DNA of 64,000 nucleotides from an uncultured Alphaproteobacteria bacterium (GCA_944391345.1 CALXTE010000008.1:2374-66373); one strand, 5' to 3'. Positions 52,679 to 63,165 are shown, numbered from the stretch's first letter. Translations and numbers: made by a program. The notes: a model not told the origin generated them from the letters alone.

Positions 52679-53617
52679 ATGCGCCAACCTAATAAAGATC
52701 TTCGGAAGATGTTTGATGAAATCCTGGAACATTTTTCATTTAAAAAATATTATACCCGAACATTGGGTAATAAAGAATTTGCAGAGCAGCTGTTATTTCG
52801 TCTTGCTATCTATAAGTTCTTTACGAAAAAATGGGTGGATTTTTATTATGAAACCTCTGATTTTAATTTCAAAATGCTGTTGAGTAGCTTTTTTATAGAA
52901 CACCCAATTGAATGCAAAAGTAAAAGATTAGAATTAATGAAATCTTTTTTGAAAAACAATTTTTCTAAATATACAAATCAGAAATTTTTGAATATTTCGA
53001 ATATTTCGGATAGTTCGGATAGTTCGAAATATTCGAATCTTTCTGATGAGGAGATTGAGAAGCTTTGGGGTATAGACGATGGGATGATTGTTCCTGATGA
53101 TGAGATTATTGTTCCAGACGATGAGGATGCGGTATTAAAATCTTTAGATATGCTTCTCAACTATTATGTCAGAGTGTTGAAATCACCTCCAGTCATTAAA
53201 ATAAATACCGAAGATGATATGATTTGGGCTGATGACGATTTTTTAATATTGGGTATAAACAAGTATCGTCCTTTGGGTTTAGTGATGCAAGAAATACAAA
53301 AAATTATCGAAAGTAAGCGCACGACCCAGCGAAGTCTGTTTAAGAATAATGGAGAAATCTCGGATGCCGATATAAAACGGTTGAGAGAAAGTTATATTTT
53401 GCAATATTTTGATTTATGGTTTTTAGAACAAGCTTATCACCAAAACCTGACGGATGAGAACATTGCCCAGTTATTCTTTGAAATAAAAGACGAATCGGAG
53501 ACCAAAAAAAATGCAGAAAATATACGTAAAACCACCAAGAAGAATTTCAAAAATGTAGTTGATAGAGGTTATGATTATCTACTCATGAGGTACATTCACA
53601 GGCAAAAAAAGAGTTAG
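52679..53617 (+). CDS. Hypothetical island protein with low-complexity internal repeats
   Basis: Long ORF with RBS AAGGA, directly upstream of the AlpA-like gene. Confidence 0.75.
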   Translation: MRQPNKDLRKMFDEILEHFSFKKYYTRTLGNKEFAEQLLFRLAIYKFFTKKWVDFYYETSDFNFKMLLSSFFIEHPIECKSKRLELMKSFLKNNFSKYTNQKFLNISNISDSSDSSKYSNLSDEEIEKLWGIDDGMIVPDDEIIVPDDEDAVLKSLDMLLNYYVRVLKSPPVIKINTEDDMIWADDDFLILGINKYRPLGLVMQEIQKIIESKRTTQRSLFKNNGEISDADIKRLRESYILQYFDLWFLEQAYHQNLTDENIAQLFFEIKDESETKKNAENIRKTTKKNFKNVVDRGYDYLLMRYIHRQKKS

Positions 53618-53763
53618 AAACTCAAGGGGCGGAAAGAAAAAGCCCCTTTTTTATTTCCGATAAAAGTAAGCAAAAACAGTCTGTTATGCGTTGACGGAGA
53701 CATATTTAAAAGCTAAAAACAGAATCGAAAACAATTTTAATTTTTTAGACATGGAGATGAAGT

Positions 53764-54012
53764 GTGAAAGATATCATTCAAAGAATTAAAGAAAATTGTA
53801 AAAGCCCCTTTGTGGCTCGTGACAGATTGGCTGAAGTAACCGGCGGTGTGATTAATCCCCGGACAATGAGAAACCGAGATTGTCAAGGGACAGGTATTCG
53901 GGGGCGATTTAAGATTGGGCGAAAAGTCGCCTACCCAGTTGAAGAAGTCATCAACTGGCTAATTGAAAACTCAACCGAAATTCAGGGAGGTCAAAATGGC
54001 AGAACTCACTAA
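53764..54012 (+). CDS. AlpA/excisionase-like DNA-binding protein
   Basis: RTMRNRDCQGTG..RFKIGRKVAYPVEEVINW winged-helix pattern; GGAG RBS. Confidence 0.8.
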   Translation: MKDIIQRIKENCKSPFVARDRLAEVTGGVINPRTMRNRDCQGTGIRGRFKIGRKVAYPVEEVINWLIENSTEIQGGQNGRTH

Positions 54013-56446
54013 TAAAAAAGAAGACGCCTTTGGTGCTGCAACACAAGAAGACGCCTTATATAATCTAAACGAAAATAATGATAATACCAAAAAAATAAAA
54101 AATCAAGAAAAACTCTCAATAAACGAGATGAGCCTTTCAGAGGCGGCAGAGCATTATGCGCATCTTGGGTATAAAGTTTTTCCCTTGAAACCTCGGGGTA
54201 AAGAGCCTTTAGGAGAATTAGTTCAGCATGGATGTAAAGATGCTTCCTCAGACGTTGACACTATAAAAAAATGGTGGAAAGCATATCCTGAGGCCAATAT
54301 TGGTTTTGTAACCGGAAAAACCAATCGGTGTTTCGTCATTGACATTGATGGTTCAACAGGAAAAGAAGAACTACGTAAAATAAAAAAAGACAGGGAGTGG
54401 CCTAAGACAATTATTGCTAAATCAGGTAGAGATGGCGGAGGACATTTTTACTTTAGATATCCTGAAGAAATTGAAATGGTAAAAAACAGGGCCGGAGTAC
54501 TACCTAACGTTGATATTCGGGGGGATGGCGGATATATTGTAGTTCCACCATCCATCCACCCCAACGGTAAAAAATATAGCTGGAAACGTGATTTTTGCCC
54601 ACAGGAGATGGAATGTGCATCCGAGTGGATTCTGCAAGAGATTGTCCACGGAGGTCAAAAGAAAAATGGCTCTGAAAAGGCATTTGAAATAAAAACTCAT
54701 CCTTATTTTTCACGGGAGTTCAGTAATACCCTAGAAAAAATAAGAACTTGTCCAGAGGGAAAACGGAACGATACTCTCTATCGGGGAGCTTTTAAATTGG
54801 CTCAAATGTGCCATAGTAGATATTTGCAAGAAAGTGTTGTAAAAGAAAATTTGACAGATGCCGCCCGAATTTGCGGTCTTTCGGATGATGAAACGAAAAA
54901 AACAGTTGAGTCTGCATTTAAGGAAGCTTTATCAACTCCCGGAGATTATTCTTTTTTGAAGAAGGGCGATGATGAATTTTCTAAAATTTATGATGAGAGC
55001 GAGATTGAATGGGAACCACCGTTATTAACAGCGTCTATTTCAACACCTGAGATAGAAGAAGCTAGCATCCCCTGCAAACTTCAACCTGTTGTATCTAATA
55101 TTTGCCAAAATCTTGAGGTTTCGCGAGGTATGGTTTACTTAACCGCATTAGGTATGTTAGCTGCTGCAGTGCAAGGAAAATTTGAAGTTCGGTTGACAGA
55201 CACTTTTTCAGTCCCCTGCAATTTATATTTTTTGGCATTTTCCGCTCCGGGAACAAGAAAAAGTCCGGTACTCTCTATATTAAGTCGACCAATATATGAG
55301 TGGGAAAAATCTCAAAAAGAAGTTTGGTTGCCTAAAATCCGTAAACAGGAACTTGAGGCTTCTTTAATACAGGAAAAATTGGCAGACCTAAGAAAGCGAG
55401 CTAAACAGGCTCAGCATCCGGATGCTATCATTGATGAAATGATGACGCTGGAAACCACGGCTCAAAAGATTGATGTTGTACCTAAAATTATATTAAATGA
55501 CACAACACCAGAATCTTTGTTAGCCTTCTTAAATGACCATAATGGCCAATGTGCGATTATTTCCGATGAGGGGTCTATTTTTGATGTCCTTGGAGGTCTT
55601 TACACAAACAACATTGCCAACATTGATGTTTTGCTTAAAGGGTGGGATAAGGGTAATATTTCAATGAAACGCCGTGAGTGCGAAATAAATCTTGAACCGC
55701 TATTGACTTTCTGTGTCCTTGCTCAACCAGCTGTTCTGAATAAAATATCGGCAAAAAAATCTTTTTCAGGATTTGGACTGCTGGAACGCTTTTTGATGTG
55801 GTATCCTCAAAGTAATATCGGGTACAGAACTCATAACGGAATGCCAATACAAGAAGACATCATTAATGAATACAATAAATTTATTAAAAGTTTTCTTGAT
55901 GTACCGATGGGTGAAGCCCCTCAGGTTTTATCTTTATCACCGGACGGTTATGGAGCTATTGTAAAATGTGTTCAGCGTTTGGAACGACATTTAGCTGTTG
56001 ATGGAAAATACCATAAAATAGCGACGTGGTCGTGTAAAATGTCTGCCCAACTTGGACGTTTGTCCGGTTTGCTTCATCTGGCGGAAGGGGGGACAGGGAA
56101 AACAATTTCACTTGATACCGTCAGGAGGGCAATTAATTTATATAAACTCTTATTAAAACACGCTCTAAAGGCATATAACGAGGCTAAATTTGATGAAGAT
56201 GACAAAATTTTGGAGGAATTAATCGAGTGGGTCTTGTTACAGGAACGAGGATTCTTTTTCAAAAAAGATTTGACCTATGCCTTTAAAGATAAAATCAAAG
56301 TCGATAAAATTGATAAAATGTTACGAAATTTAATTTCTCGTAATATTATAAGCCGACCATTGGCGATAGGTCATAAGACACTTAAATATTTTGTTCATCC
56401 AGATTTGCTTAAAAAGGATGAAGACGACAAAGAAAACAAAATTTAG
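53996..56446 (+). CDS. Bifunctional primase/polymerase (Prim-Pol) fused to DUF3987/YfjI P-loop domain
   Basis: VFPL..K.P, ANIG, VIDIDG, GGHFYF, DIRGDGGYIVVPPSIH, EGKRN; then PGTRKS, DTTPE, SDEG, GLLERF. Confidence 0.9.
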   Translation: MAELTNKKEDAFGAATQEDALYNLNENNDNTKKIKNQEKLSINEMSLSEAAEHYAHLGYKVFPLKPRGKEPLGELVQHGCKDASSDVDTIKKWWKAYPEANIGFVTGKTNRCFVIDIDGSTGKEELRKIKKDREWPKTIIAKSGRDGGGHFYFRYPEEIEMVKNRAGVLPNVDIRGDGGYIVVPPSIHPNGKKYSWKRDFCPQEMECASEWILQEIVHGGQKKNGSEKAFEIKTHPYFSREFSNTLEKIRTCPEGKRNDTLYRGAFKLAQMCHSRYLQESVVKENLTDAARICGLSDDETKKTVESAFKEALSTPGDYSFLKKGDDEFSKIYDESEIEWEPPLLTASISTPEIEEASIPCKLQPVVSNICQNLEVSRGMVYLTALGMLAAAVQGKFEVRLTDTFSVPCNLYFLAFSAPGTRKSPVLSILSRPIYEWEKSQKEVWLPKIRKQELEASLIQEKLADLRKRAKQAQHPDAIIDEMMTLETTAQKIDVVPKIILNDTTPESLLAFLNDHNGQCAIISDEGSIFDVLGGLYTNNIANIDVLLKGWDKGNISMKRRECEINLEPLLTFCVLAQPAVLNKISAKKSFSGFGLLERFLMWYPQSNIGYRTHNGMPIQEDIINEYNKFIKSFLDVPMGEAPQVLSLSPDGYGAIVKCVQRLERHLAVDGKYHKIATWSCKMSAQLGRLSGLLHLAEGGTGKTISLDTVRRAINLYKLLLKHALKAYNEAKFDEDDKILEELIEWVLLQERGFFFKKDLTYAFKDKIKVDKIDKMLRNLISRNIISRPLAIGHKTLKYFVHPDLLKKDEDDKENKI

Positions 56447-56460
56447 AATATTTAGGTTAT

Positions 56461-56503
56461 TTAGAAGAGTCCAAGCTTTTATATCTAGTGCGGACTCTTC
56501 TAA
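56461..56503. terminator. Hairpin between the convergent replicase and recombinase genes
   Basis: ttagaagagtcc-N19-ggactcttctaa. Confidence 0.55.
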
Positions 56504-56530
56504 AAATAATTTATGACAAGGTAATTTCTC

Positions 56531-57130
56531 TCAAACTAACTCCACCACCCTTTTTTGTGCATCTGTATTATATTCAATATATCGTTGGGTAGTTGCTAAA
56601 GAAGCATGCCCGGCAAGTAGGCGGACATCATTAAGGCTGCCGCCAACAAGGCAAATGTTTTTTGCGGCATTAGTTATGAATGTTCTTCTTCCGCTATGAG
56701 ATGAGCAACCATCTATTCCTACGGTTTTATATAATTTTGAAAACCAATTAACAATAGCTTGTGGGCTGGTTTTACGTCCTCGTTCACTATCGATGATATG
56801 ATTTTCCAGACAGAAGCCGAGCTTTTCCTGTTTTTGCAACAACAATCTTTCCAAAAGATTTTTCAGTTGTTTATTTAACGGGATTATTCTTCCAGAGTAG
56901 TTCCCTTTCGAAGCATTGTTTGTCAAATTTATTTCTGTTCCGATTTTTCCATCAGCATTACAAACCATAGACCAAGTAACAGCTGCAATTTCTTTTGCTC
57001 GTAATCCAGCTTTGAAGCTGAACAGGAGCATTACCTTATTTCTTAATGGATATCTGGATTTTTCAAGATAGGTTAAAAGCAGTTCCTGCTGTTTATTGGT
57101 AAGAATTTTTGCTTGTTTTCCGATTCCCAT
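56531..57130 (-). CDS. Minimal (catalytic-domain-only) tyrosine recombinase, copy L
   Basis: GLRAKE, SKG, HSGRR, AGH, TQRY: complete catalytic residue set. Confidence 0.95.
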   Translation of the reverse strand: MGIGKQAKILTNKQQELLLTYLEKSRYPLRNKVMLLFSFKAGLRAKEIAAVTWSMVCNADGKIGTEINLTNNASKGNYSGRIIPLNKQLKNLLERLLLQKQEKLGFCLENHIIDSERGRKTSPQAIVNWFSKLYKTVGIDGCSSHSGRRTFITNAAKNICLVGGSLNDVRLLAGHASLATTQRYIEYNTDAQKRVVELV

Positions 57131-57230
57131 AAAAACGTTCCTTTCTCATTATAAAAACATCAGATTTATTGAAATTATAATAAGTTTTTTATTTTCTTAA
57201 AAGGCTGTCAGCCTGGAACGTTGGATAAAC

Positions 57231-57270
57231 AAGGACTTATTATAAAATTTATATTTTATAATAAGTCCTT
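57231..57270. other. Putative recombination core site
   Basis: aaggacttattataaaat-ttat-attttataataagtcctt; can be read as 13+8+13. Confidence 0.7.
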
Positions 57271-57369
57271 ATTTTTCAAGGCTTTTAACAACAAATCCGT
57301 TGATGGTTAAAATAAAGTCATTATAATTTATATAAAATATTGTGTAATTATAATAACTTGGAGAACATT

Positions 57370-57954
57370 ATGGGTATAGGAAAACAAGCAAAAATATTAA
57401 ACGCGAAACAACAAACCATGGTCTTAGCCTATTTGGAAAATACCAGATATCCGCTCAGAAACAAAATAATGTTTTTACTGAGCTTCAAAGCCGGCTTAAG
57501 AGCTAAGGAAATATCCCAACTCACATGGTCAATGGTATGTGATAGCGAAGGGTATATATCGGACAGCATTAATTTACCGAATAATGCTTCTAAAGGTAAA
57601 TATTCCGGTCGGATTATCCCGATACATAAAGACTTAAAAAAGTTGCTGACAGACTTAAAACAAGAAAACACAAACCTATCTTCATATATAATAACGACCG
57701 AGAGAGATAAGAAAATGTCTGCTCAGGCAATCGTTAATTTCTTTTATTTACTGTATAAGGGGCTGAATATGGATGGATGCTCATCTCATAGCGGCAGAAG
57801 AACTTTTATTACCCAAGCTGCAAAAATGATCAGCCAAGCCGGAGGAACGATAAATGACGTCAGACAGCTTGCCGGACACTCAAGCCTAGCCACAACACAA
57901 CGATATATTGAGTATAATACCGAAGCTCATAAAAAAATAATTGAAATGATATGA
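57370..57954 (+). CDS. Minimal tyrosine recombinase, copy R
   Basis: Same motifs as copy L and an identical MGIGKQAKIL start; GGAG RBS. Confidence 0.95.
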   Translation: MGIGKQAKILNAKQQTMVLAYLENTRYPLRNKIMFLLSFKAGLRAKEISQLTWSMVCDSEGYISDSINLPNNASKGKYSGRIIPIHKDLKKLLTDLKQENTNLSSYIITTERDKKMSAQAIVNFFYLLYKGLNMDGCSSHSGRRTFITQAAKMISQAGGTINDVRQLAGHSSLATTQRYIEYNTEAHKKIIEMI

Positions 57955-58019
57955 ACTTAAATGCGTCATATTTTGTCGTAGGTTGTTGCTATATTAAATA
58001 ATAAACCTAAGAGGCACCG

Positions 58020-59126
58020 ATGACTAAAAAACATTTATATAAGGATTTATATACCCGTAAATGGATAAAAGTTTACCGTCAAAAACAGGCAAAAGGCGAT
58101 TACTGTTGTTGTCTGGAATTTGCTTTACCCTTTTTTTATTATATAAAATTTACCCTTGCAAAGCCAATGCGTCTAACTTTCAGCAAAAACAAATTAGAAC
58201 GTGAAAGTAACCTGCTGTCCAAAGCTGCTATTTCACGAATTTTGAAACTTTTACCCAGAAACAAGCCTCACTCTCCTGAATATATCTCCGTTCTGCTTAA
58301 ACATAAGAAATACGACTTATTAAATTATGTATATAATCTCGCTGCATTTGTACCGGAAGATTTGAAAGAATATGTAAATCAGCATGGTTTTGAAGAATTT
58401 TGCCTGAAACATACATTTAATAAAAAGCTGTTTGATAACTTCTATAATGCCATAATCAGAAGCGATGCAAAGGTAGAAAATTAGGCAAATTTAACAATCG
58501 ATAACTCAAATATTGCCGATTATGCTAAAAATAAACTGTTAAATTTAAGAGAATGTCGAATAAAACACTTACAAAACCAATATAATTTTAATCTGGAAAA
58601 TATAGAAGACTATTGGTCTAACGGTAAATATTGGTGCATAAAAAGGAGTTTTGAATATTTAGGCAAAGCCTATTCATGGCAAACGATTATTGACTATCAA
58701 GGCAAGGAAATAATCAATTTTGCCAATAAGTCGGTTGAAGATATAACTCCCAACGGGAAAGTCATATTCAGAGATGAAGATGGTAAATACGGAGTTAAAG
58801 GTCTACCCGATAAAAGTATTAATATTTCTACAGAGACGAGCAACCCAAAAGAGCTTAAACCGATTACTCGCCATAATCACTGGGGATATATGGACAACAC
58901 CGGAAAAATCATCATTCCGATAATTTTTGATAAGGTCGGACAATTTTATAATGGACAAGCTTTTGTTGCCGTAAACAACAAATATTGCATTATTGATACT
59001 TCCGGTAAACAGGTTAATACCGATAGCATCACGCTTAAACTTTCCAAAACTTTAGATAACAAAGAAGCAACCAAGCTCTTCCAAAAATTCCTTCATAAAT
59101 ACCCGATTATTTTTGATAACATATAA
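58020..59126 (+). pseudogene. WG-repeat protein split by a single in-frame TAG
   Basis: Frame stays open from the TAG at 58482-58484 to the TAA at 59126; HWGYMDNTGKIIIPIIFD..F..G.A.V is a WG/KWG repeat. Confidence 0.8.
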
Positions 59127-59230
59127 AAATAATGGGGGCAATTACTCACCCCCTCATTTTGCGGCATAAAGCCTTATTATATATGTATTGACCGTCTAAT
59201 TAATCTCTGAAAAAATCAAAACATATAACG
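59125..59230 (-). ncRNA. tracrRNA
   Basis: 23-nt perfect anti-repeat TCAGAGATTAATTAGACGGTCAA, bulge, TATAAT lower stem, AAGGC-TTTAT-GCC nexus, GGGGG/CCCCC hairpin and poly-T; TTGACT-18-TATACT promoter upstream. Confidence 0.9.
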
Positions 59231-59324
59231 CTTACAGTATAAGAATATTTTGATTGAAAAGTCAAGTGCAATATTATAAGTTGTTTTATATATGGTCGTA
59301 CAACAATAAGACAAGGAGATGTTT

Positions 59325-62300
59325 ATGAAGTATCGTTTGGGTTTAGACTTAGGGGTTGGCTCCATCGGTAGCGCAATTATTGAGTTAGATGACCATAACA
59401 ATCCTCAAAAGATTATCGATGCCGGGGTTCGTATTTTTAATGTTTCTGAAGGAGCTGAAGAACGTCGCCTCAAACGAACAATGCGCAAAAATCAGGTTCG
59501 TACCCGCCAAAGATTAGAATTATTAGCGCAAAAACTTTTTGAAAACCACCTTTGGGTAAATGAAACTCCAGAAGGAACTGAGCATTTACGCGCAAAATCT
59601 CCTTATAAGATTCGCAATGACGCATTAAATGGTAGGTTGTCTAACCCTAATTATATAGGACGAGCCATTCTGCATATAGCCAAGCACCGCGGTGCCGGAT
59701 TTGTAACTGCCTCTGAAGAGTTACAAGAAGAAATTTTGGAAGAAGGTGAAAAATCCAAAGCTAAAAAATCAGCCTACGACATGATGTCCGAGCATTTAAA
59801 AGAAACAAATTCTAAAACAATTGGTGAGTTTTTTTACAAACGAATTTGCGAAGGATACGAAAAAGATAAAAATGGAGTAAAAACAAACGCTAACAAAAGA
59901 ATAATACGACAAAAAGAACACGCCTTAAAACAACATATTGTTGATTATGCAATTCCCCGCTATCTGGTAAAAGATGAATTTAATCAAATCTGGGATACGC
60001 AGGCTCAATATTTTACTCAAATGCAAAAAGAAGGTTTGAAAAAAGAAATTTATAATATCTTATTTTATGAGCGTCCACCAGCTCCTTATGCTACCGGAAA
60101 ATGTATATATTTCAAAGATGAAGACAGACTGCTGAAAGCACATCCATTATCAGAATTAAGACGTATTTATGAAGAAATAAATAATATCCGTGTATTAAGC
60201 GACACCAATAAACGCAAGCTAACTTTAGAAGAAAGAGATAAAATTATCAACGAACTTTTATTGCAAGGCAAGAATGCTGGAAAATCAGCTATCAAAAAAT
60301 TATTAGGTCTTTCAGCTCAACAAAAAATATCTTTACTTGATGATAAAAACATCAAGGCTTATTTATACTCACGTTCCGAATTCTCAGAAATAGAATATAT
60401 ACAAAAGCTCTCAGATGAAGAATTGGCAAAATTTGTTGACTTTTTAGCTAATCCGATAAATCCGAATGATAAAAACGGACGTTTATACAGCGAGGATGAA
60501 TTGATTAATCATCTTAAGCCGATTTTAAAAATTAATGATGATAAAGAAATCGGCAAACTGCTGACCAAACTTCCCAAAGGACGAGGAATGTTGGGCGAAA
60601 GTGCCTCGAAAATTATTTTAGAAAAATTAAAAGAACAAGTCATTACGCATCGAGAGATCACCGATAATTTAGCCAAGAATGATGCCCGTTTTATTGCCTC
60701 GGAAGAGATTGCGCGCAAAACTCAAGGTAAATGTCATGAACTTCCATATTATGGCGAGATTTTGCAGGCTGATACACAACCGCTTCCACCATTAATGGTC
60801 AAAAACAACAAAAATCTTAACCCTGATGAAATAAAATGGGGAAAAATAGCCAATCCGGCAGTTCATATGATTCTAAATCAACTCCGCTTGGTGATTAATG
60901 ATATAATTCGCATTTACGGCAAACCTTATGACATCAATATTGAGCTTGGTCGAGATGTTGGTATGTCAACCAAGAAGAAAAAACAAGAAGAACAAAAACA
61001 AAAAAACAATGAAAAACTTAACGAAGAAGCAAAAAAATACTTAAAAGACCATAAACTTTTCATCAATTATCAAAATATCTTAAAATATAAACTTGCCAAG
61101 GAACAAGGATGGAAAGATGCCTACGACCCAACGGTTAGCATTCCCCGTAATTTTTCCGGTTTTGAAATAGAACATATTATTCCTCAAGCTAAAGGCGGAA
61201 CGGATACCTATAACAACCTTTGTCTGGTAAACCGCAATGATAATAATGCTAAAGGTAATGACTTTGCTTATGAGTATTTTCTAAAAGCCAAATCTCCCGA
61301 GATGATAAGAGAAATTTTGAAGAATGCCCGAGAGAGAACACCTGCCAAAGCATGGCGTTTTGAAGCCGACGCTCGCGAAAAATTCGAGGATGAAGGAGAT
61401 GTAGAAGAAACTACGCGTTATCTGACAGATACGCGTTATGTATCCAAAATGGCAGCACGATATTTAAGAGCAATTGTTGATAGCCCAGATAGTGAAGAAG
61501 TGATTCATAATCAGATTCTTCCGGTTAAAGGAGCTCAAACCGCTCATATGCGTCGTTGTTGGAATTTGGAAGGTTTGGAATATGATCTCATGGGATTGGA
61601 TATTCCAAGATATGTAAATTGTTCTCCTTATTGGGTTGAGCAAGATACCGGAGAAGTTATTGAAGGAGTAAAACAACCTAATATTGATGGCAAATGGAGA
61701 TTTTTTGATAAAACTAAGAACAAAGAATGGGTATCAAAGCCCAGAATTGACCATCGTCATCACGCCATGGATGCCATAACTGTTGCTTGTATGAATCGTT
61801 CTCTGATCCAGCATATGGCTAATGAAATCGATTTGCCGCATCAGCATGTACCTCTTCCGTTAACAAGTACTGAGTCAGTCGGAGAGTTTCGCCGTCAAGT
61901 TATTGATGTTTTAAAAAAGGTTAATGTTTCGCACAAACCCGAACACAGCAAAGCCGGAAAACTCCATAAAGAAACCGGTAGAACGGTTTTATGCATAAAC
62001 CCGGATGACAGCAAATCCTTAATCACGGTTTATTCACGCAAGATATTACAAGTTGTTAAGTCAATGAAAGACTTAAATAAATTGCTCATTCCCGATTCTA
62101 TCAAAGATGAGTGGAATGAACATATTGCCAAAGACAAAACCAAACAAGCTCAATTAGTCAAAGACTTTGAACTTTATGCAAATACAGCCGAGCAAATTCT
62201 GATTGCTGAAAACGAAAAAGCCGCATCTGAAGGCAAAAAAGAAATTTCCATCACCGAAAGCCGTATTTTAACTAGGGCTTTTTATCTCATTCAAGAGAAA

Positions 62301-62825
62301 AAGTTATGGAAAGGCGATAAATTTAGGAGTTATGAAAACAATTCTTCATTAGTTTATATCCCCAAGCATGGCGTTGCGTATGAAGGGAGAAATAATTATC
62401 GCATTGATTTTTACCAAAAAGATGGCAAAATCGGTTGGGAAGTTATCAGATGTTTTGACGTCAATCAAAAAGATTTTGTACCCCAATGGCAACAGACTGG
62501 AGGCAAAATAATCTGGTCTATACAGCAAGGGGATTTGCTTGAACTGGACACACCTGATGAATGGCAAAGCTATACGGACAAATCAAGATGTTTTGCCAAA
62601 GTCAAGAAGTTTAGCGAAGGAAAATTAGCCATAGATTATGTGTCAGATGCTAGAATGACTACTCCTCAAGATAAAAGTATAACATATATGATTGTTGACA
62701 CAATTTCTGATAAAGGATTAAGCTATTTTATAAAACATAATGCCCGTAAGGTAGAATTAACCTCGTTTGGTAAAATAAAGAAAAAACATAAGGTATTAAG
62801 TAATGGCTCGGCAAAAGCGGCTTGA
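59325..62825 (+). CDS. cas9: Type II-C-like Cas9
   Basis: RuvC-I GLDLGVGSIG, Arg-rich bridge helix, ANPAV, RuvC-II IELGRD, HNH EHIIP..NLCLV..N..K, RuvC-III HHAMDA. Confidence 0.97.
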   Translation: MKYRLGLDLGVGSIGSAIIELDDHNNPQKIIDAGVRIFNVSEGAEERRLKRTMRKNQVRTRQRLELLAQKLFENHLWVNETPEGTEHLRAKSPYKIRNDALNGRLSNPNYIGRAILHIAKHRGAGFVTASEELQEEILEEGEKSKAKKSAYDMMSEHLKETNSKTIGEFFYKRICEGYEKDKNGVKTNANKRIIRQKEHALKQHIVDYAIPRYLVKDEFNQIWDTQAQYFTQMQKEGLKKEIYNILFYERPPAPYATGKCIYFKDEDRLLKAHPLSELRRIYEEINNIRVLSDTNKRKLTLEERDKIINELLLQGKNAGKSAIKKLLGLSAQQKISLLDDKNIKAYLYSRSEFSEIEYIQKLSDEELAKFVDFLANPINPNDKNGRLYSEDELINHLKPILKINDDKEIGKLLTKLPKGRGMLGESASKIILEKLKEQVITHREITDNLAKNDARFIASEEIARKTQGKCHELPYYGEILQADTQPLPPLMVKNNKNLNPDEIKWGKIANPAVHMILNQLRLVINDIIRIYGKPYDINIELGRDVGMSTKKKKQEEQKQKNNEKLNEEAKKYLKDHKLFINYQNILKYKLAKEQGWKDAYDPTVSIPRNFSGFEIEHIIPQAKGGTDTYNNLCLVNRNDNNAKGNDFAYEYFLKAKSPEMIREILKNARERTPAKAWRFEADAREKFEDEGDVEETTRYLTDTRYVSKMAARYLRAIVDSPDSEEVIHNQILPVKGAQTAHMRRCWNLEGLEYDLMGLDIPRYVNCSPYWVEQDTGEVIEGVKQPNIDGKWRFFDKTKNKEWVSKPRIDHRHHAMDAITVACMNRSLIQHMANEIDLPHQHVPLPLTSTESVGEFRRQVIDVLKKVNVSHKPEHSKAGKLHKETGRTVLCINPDDSKSLITVYSRKILQVVKSMKDLNKLLIPDSIKDEWNEHIAKDKTKQAQLVKDFELYANTAEQILIAENEKAASEGKKEISITESRILTRAFYLIQEKKLWKGDKFRSYENNSSLVYIPKHGVAYEGRNNYRIDFYQKDGKIGWEVIRCFDVNQKDFVPQWQQTGGKIIWSIQQGDLLELDTPDEWQSYTDKSRCFAKVKKFSEGKLAIDYVSDARMTTPQDKSITYMIVDTISDKGLSYFIKHNARKVELTSFGKIKKKHKVLSNGSAKAA

Positions 62826-63165
62826 AACCTTAACCGGCTGGTCAATGATGTGGATAATCTGTATGTTTGACATACCGGTCAGAACTCGAACCGAGATGCG
62901 CAAAGCTACCCGCTTTCGCAATCTACTTCTGGACGAAGGTTTTATGATGAAGCAGTTTTCCGTTTACATCAAACCGGTTAAGAGTTTGTCGGTAGGACAA
63001 ACCTTAACTAAAAAGTTATCCAAATTCATACCCGATAATTCTTCGGTATCATTTATTTATATCACCGATAAACAATATCTGATGACTGAGAACTATTTAG
63101 GCAAGAATTCTGAAGATAATGAAGAAGAGATTCGCGAAAAAAATGGACAGCTATTGCTGTTTTAG
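62803..63165 (+). CDS. cas2: Cas2 (type II-C style)
   Basis: MWIICMFDIPV, FRNLLLDEGFMMKQFSVY, ITDKQY. Confidence 0.96.
   Translation: MARQKRLETLTGWSMMWIICMFDIPVRTRTEMRKATRFRNLLLDEGFMMKQFSVYIKPVKSLSVGQTLTKKLSKFIPDNSSVSFIYITDKQYLMTENYLGKNSEDNEEEIREKNGQLLLF

Noticed and set aside
56531-63165. Idea that the tyrosine recombinases replace Cas1 in spacer integration
   Set aside because: Only proximity supports it; the CRISPR repeat does not resemble their palindromic site and the chemistry differs
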